A stretch of DNA of 6,078 bases. It comes from a virus. A program made the position numbers and the translations under genes. Location of the stretch: positions 1 to 6,078 of IMG/VR virus record IMGVR_UViG_3300014953_000001; one strand, written 5' to 3'. Under the pieces are notes generated by a model that saw nothing but the letters and a program-made list of their open reading frames with translations, did not search any database and had not been told where the DNA came from. This document shows positions 4,019 to 6,078 of the stretch, one piece after another. How positions within the stretch are numbered: the first letter of the stretch is position 1; each line of letters begins with the position of its first letter.

Positions 4019-4078
4019 GCGCTTTTTTGGCTTTAAAAAGCGGATATAAATGTTTACATCCGCCTTTTTCGCATATAG
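4006..4078. repeat. 9-bp inverted repeat ctatatgcg (4006-4014) / cgcatatag (4070-4078) bracketing two internal hairpins
   Basis: The arms are exact reverse complements. The left arm overlaps the XerC-like arm of the dif-like site. Enclosed are hairpin 4021-4027/4035-4041 (gcttttt/aaaaagc) and the terminator hairpin 4040-4063. A further hairpin lies at 3958-3963/3974-3979, extendable through 3965-3967/3971-3973. Confidence 0.7.
4031..4063 (-). terminator. Intrinsic (rho-independent) terminator after the VP3-like gene; near-symmetric, so potentially bidirectional
   Basis: Minus strand: GCGGAT-GTAAACATTTAT-ATCCGC followed at once by TTTTTAAAG. The stem is 4040-4045/4058-4063 (6 bp, 4 G-C), extendable by 3 A-T pairs after a 1x1 mismatch. 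It lies 35 nt downstream of the stop at 4098. On the plus strand the same stem is followed by cTTTTT. Confidence 0.55.
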
Positions 4079-4097
4079 TGTTCGTAGTCGTACCCGA

Positions 4098-4436
4098 CTA
4101 GTTGTCTCTAGTTGGATTTGGTTCAGTTACTCCTCCTTCGGTTTGACTTTCTGCTGTCTTTGGTGCTTCGGTCTCTCCCTTTTTGAGGTATTCATTTAGT
4201 TTGTAGTTATTGACTCTATCCATTGCATCCATAGCTAAAGCCCACTTGTCCGTCCGTATGTTGCAATCATCTCTTACTCCTGCTTGTTTAGGCGTATAGA
4301 TCGTAGGTGCTCCGTCCGTTAATGGTTCATTTTCGTCAAGGATTCTTTGGATTTTTTTGATCAAGGTTTCGCCTTTTTCTGTCATCTCGATCATTCCTTC
4401 GAAGTTGTTTACTCTTATTTTGTTAATTTTTTTCAT
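4098..4436 (-). CDS. VP3-like internal scaffolding protein, 112 aa
   Basis: The ATG at 4436 is 2 nt after the VP1 TAA (4439-4441). The central block GAPTIYTPKQAGVRDDCNIRTDKWALAMDAMD resembles, from memory, the conserved xIYTxRxDGVxPxYDIRTDRxExA block of gokushovirus-type VP3 scaffolding proteins. The C-terminal tail is acidic and Thr/Pro-rich. The assignment is by recollection of the motif, not by search. Confidence 0.6.
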   Translation of the reverse strand: MKKINKIRVNNFEGMIEMTEKGETLIKKIQRILDENEPLTDGAPTIYTPKQAGVRDDCNIRTDKWALAMDAMDRVNNYKLNEYLKKGETEAPKTAESQTEGGVTEPNPTRDN

Positions 4437-4438
4437 GA

Positions 4439-6078
4439 TTATAAGAATGGAATTTGTTTAGCACTATAGTTACCTCTTCTCGTTGCCTGTATTACTGTTT
4501 GTACCCAGAAGTTTTGGCTTGTTAAATCTGTATCTGCGAAGATCTCGATGTATTTCTGTGGATCGATATATGTGGTCAGGTCTTTGATCGTGTTATTATC
4601 TCCTACATTGTAACGTCTGTTCAATACCATGAAGTCTAATGCTTCTCCTACCGCGAAATCTCCGAATGTGCGATTGTAGTTGGTCATGTAGTCGATCCAA
4701 GCTACTGTCTTGTTGGCAGTTAGATGTTTTAAATTACTTATAGAGCTACCATTTTCGTATGCGGATGTCTCTCCGACCATCTGTTCTTGAATAAGATCTT
4801 GGTAGCCGATTCCGTCAAGTGCTGGCTTGTGTAAATCGTCGATTGTTTGTAAATTTAAATCAAAGTCATTGCCTTGTGAATAGTCGATCATCGGTGTGAT
4901 AGCCATCAGTCCCATGATGTATCCTGGCTCTTCGCATTGATAATGTATATGTCCGTTGTTTAGTGGTTTGCCTCCTCGCCCGATTGCCGCAATATCTCCA
5001 AGTGGTTGACTTCCGTATGCTGTTTCTGTCGCACTTTTTGATATCACTTCGTCGAATTCGATATATTGTGTCATACCTCCGATAAACACAGGTGTTTCGG
5101 GTCTGTCAAGGTACTTGCCTGCCGTGTATACTGTCTCCAGCCAATCTCGGTATGTACCTCCCGATACTGCGATCCTGTTCAGCATGTTGTATACTTTCTG
5201 TTGTAAGTTCAGAGCATCCATTGTCAGCTTTCCGTCATTGGCTGTGATGTCGATACTTGTTATATCTGAGATGCTCCCTGCTCCATCGATCCAATCTGTT
5301 TGTACCCAATTGTTGAATATATCGCTGTCGTATGTTTTTAGCAGCATTCCTCCTAATTTATTACTTTGAGCTGCTACTAAGTCATCAAACATTTTTTTTA
5401 ATTCTGCTGACCCGTTTTGAGGTGCGTCCAAATTTGCCCCATGTAGGATTAGCGTTTCGTTACCTTTTTTGTGCAGAATTACATCTCTAATCTGATCAAG
5501 CAGTTTTAAATCATATTGTTTTAGTTGAGTGTTTATATATTTGGTTATATTCCTATCAAATTCAACGTTTACAATTTCTTCTATTACGGTTGGAATTTTG
5601 TCGATTGTAATTGTATCTGTTGTTGGATTCGAACTTAGGTTCGCCATAGTTGTGAGTACCTCACTTCCATTTTTTTTACCTAGTACTTTTACATTTTTCC
5701 AATAATTTATCCAATTGCTCGATTCGTCAAATGATCCTACGGTAGTGTTATTCGTTGGATACAACTTCATATTTTCTGCTGGGATTTTGTAGATGTTAGG
5801 TCCTATTGATAATCTACTTAATCCTCCTCTTATCATGTAGAACTCTTTTTCTTGTGTATTTGCAAAGAAATTTTTAAAGATATCTAGGTATAAAAGTAAT
5901 GGAACTCCATTTTTACATACTCCTTGTGTTGCATTCGTTCCTGTTCTTCTTGAACTACTCCAGCCTAGATATTTGTATAAGGCTGATGATGAAATATTTG
6001 TTTTTGCATCTGATGTTTCTTTGTATGTTTGTGCTAGCATCATAGGTAATTTGATGTCAGACATTTTCATACCGATGC
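4439..6078 (-). CDS. VP1: Major capsid protein VP1 (F-like), C-terminal 521 codons plus the 77-nt duplicated segment; full gene = complement(join(4439..6001,1..387))
   Basis: The track ORF 4439..6070 (543 aa) starts at an internal Met. The frame stays open to the window end and continues at 78..387 through the circular junction. The full gene is 1950 nt = 649 aa + TAA. It is the largest gene and has the typical VP1 size, the N-terminal F/VP1 signature (see 1..387), and adjacent scaffold and pilot genes. Confidence 0.95.
   Translation of the reverse strand, partial: IGMKMSDIKLPMMLAQTYKETSDAKTNISSSALYKYLGWSSSRRTGTNATQGVCKNGVPLLLYLDIFKNFFANTQEKEFYMIRGGLSRLSIGPNIYKIPAENMKLYPTNNTTVGSFDESSNWINYWKNVKVLGKKNGSEVLTTMANLSSNPTTDTITIDKIPTVIEEIVNVEFDRNITKYINTQLKQYDLKLLDQIRDVILHKKGNETLILHGANLDAPQNGSAELKKMFDDLVAAQSNKLGGMLLKTYDSDIFNNWVQTDWIDGAGSISDITSIDITANDGKLTMDALNLQQKVYNMLNRIAVSGGTYRDWLETVYTAGKYLDRPETPVFIGGMTQYIEFDEVISKSATETAYGSQPLGDIAAIGRGGKPLNNGHIHYQCEEPGYIMGLMAITPMIDYSQGNDFDLNLQTIDDLHKPALDGIGYQDLIQEQMVGETSAYENGSSISNLKHLTANKTVAWIDYMTNYNRTFGDFAVGEALDFMVLNRRYNVGDNNTIKDLTTYIDPQKYIEIFADTDLTSQNFWVQTVIQATRRGNYSAKQIPFL
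6002..6078. repeat. Terminal redundancy, right copy (identical to 1-77)
   Basis: Same 77-mer as 1-77. Position 6001 (t) is the last unique base. Confidence 0.97.

Larger units (their letters stand above)
1..6001 (-). other. Complete unit of a circular Microviridae (Alpavirinae-like) ssDNA phage genome, 6001 nt
   Basis: The terminal 77-nt identity (1-77 = 6002-6078) closes the circle. The unit contains the microvirus core set VP1, VP2 and VP4 plus a VP3-like gene. All are co-oriented on the minus strand, with junctions of 1-5 nt or overlaps. The size is typical of the family. Confidence 0.9.

Noticed and set aside
2441-5369. Plus-strand ORFs in the track (2441..2638, 2524..2790, 2981..3172, 3196..3423, 3279..3704, 3765..3971, 5115..5369).
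   Set aside because: All lie antisense to long, well-supported minus-strand genes (VP4, VP2, VP1). Their products are low-complexity and Phe/Leu/Ser/Cys/Pro-rich, as expected from reading A-rich coding sequence backwards. No microvirus is known to code on the complementary strand, and none has a plausible promoter or coupling context.
1-6078. CRISPR array, rRNA/tRNA genes, transposase/IS elements, integrase, toxin-antitoxin or defence-system genes.
   Set aside because: None is present. The only tandem repeat is the 2 x 10-nt duplication. All large ORFs are accounted for by microvirus core genes, and the genome is closed at 6001 nt, leaving no room for such cargo.

Overview
The window is one complete, circularly closed genome of a small ssDNA phage of the family Microviridae. 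It is given as the reverse complement of the coding strand, so every credible gene is on the minus strand. nt 1-77 are identical to nt 6002-6078, so the true unit is 6001 nt and the window looks like a circular contig with an assembler-style 77-nt overlap. Gene order around the circle on the minus strand: (1) major capsid protein VP1, 649 aa, which crosses the window junction, so the 543-aa ORF in the track is N-terminally truncated and 106 more codons lie at 387..70; (2) a 112-aa VP3-like internal scaffolding protein; (3) a 163-nt intergenic region with an intrinsic terminator, nested inverted repeats and a dif-like 28-mer; (4) a glycine-zipper/coiled-coil DNA pilot protein VP2, 367 aa; (5) the HUH rolling-circle initiator VP4, 346 aa; (6) a 521-nt non-coding region; (7) four tightly packed small ORFs of 70, 88, 66 and 77 aa, then back to VP1. 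No phiX-type D/E/J/G genes are recognisable. That, the gene order, the low GC and a Bacteroides-type TTTG/TAnnTTTG promoter suggest an Alpavirinae-like microvirus of a Bacteroidota host; this is inference, since no search was possible. Five things are not explained by the core genes. (i) The 521-nt non-coding region: nt 1381-1800 are about 48% GC against about 30-35% in sampled coding lines, and hold at least eight short GC-rich hairpins plus long-range pairings around a 20-nt almost pure A/T island. (ii) A 66-aa predicted lipoprotein or membrane protein. (iii) An exact 10-nt tandem duplication that splits what would otherwise be one 144-aa ORF. (iv) The dif-like site. (v) An arginine-rich ORF nested out of frame in VP2. 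All family and function calls rest on motifs recognised by eye and from memory.
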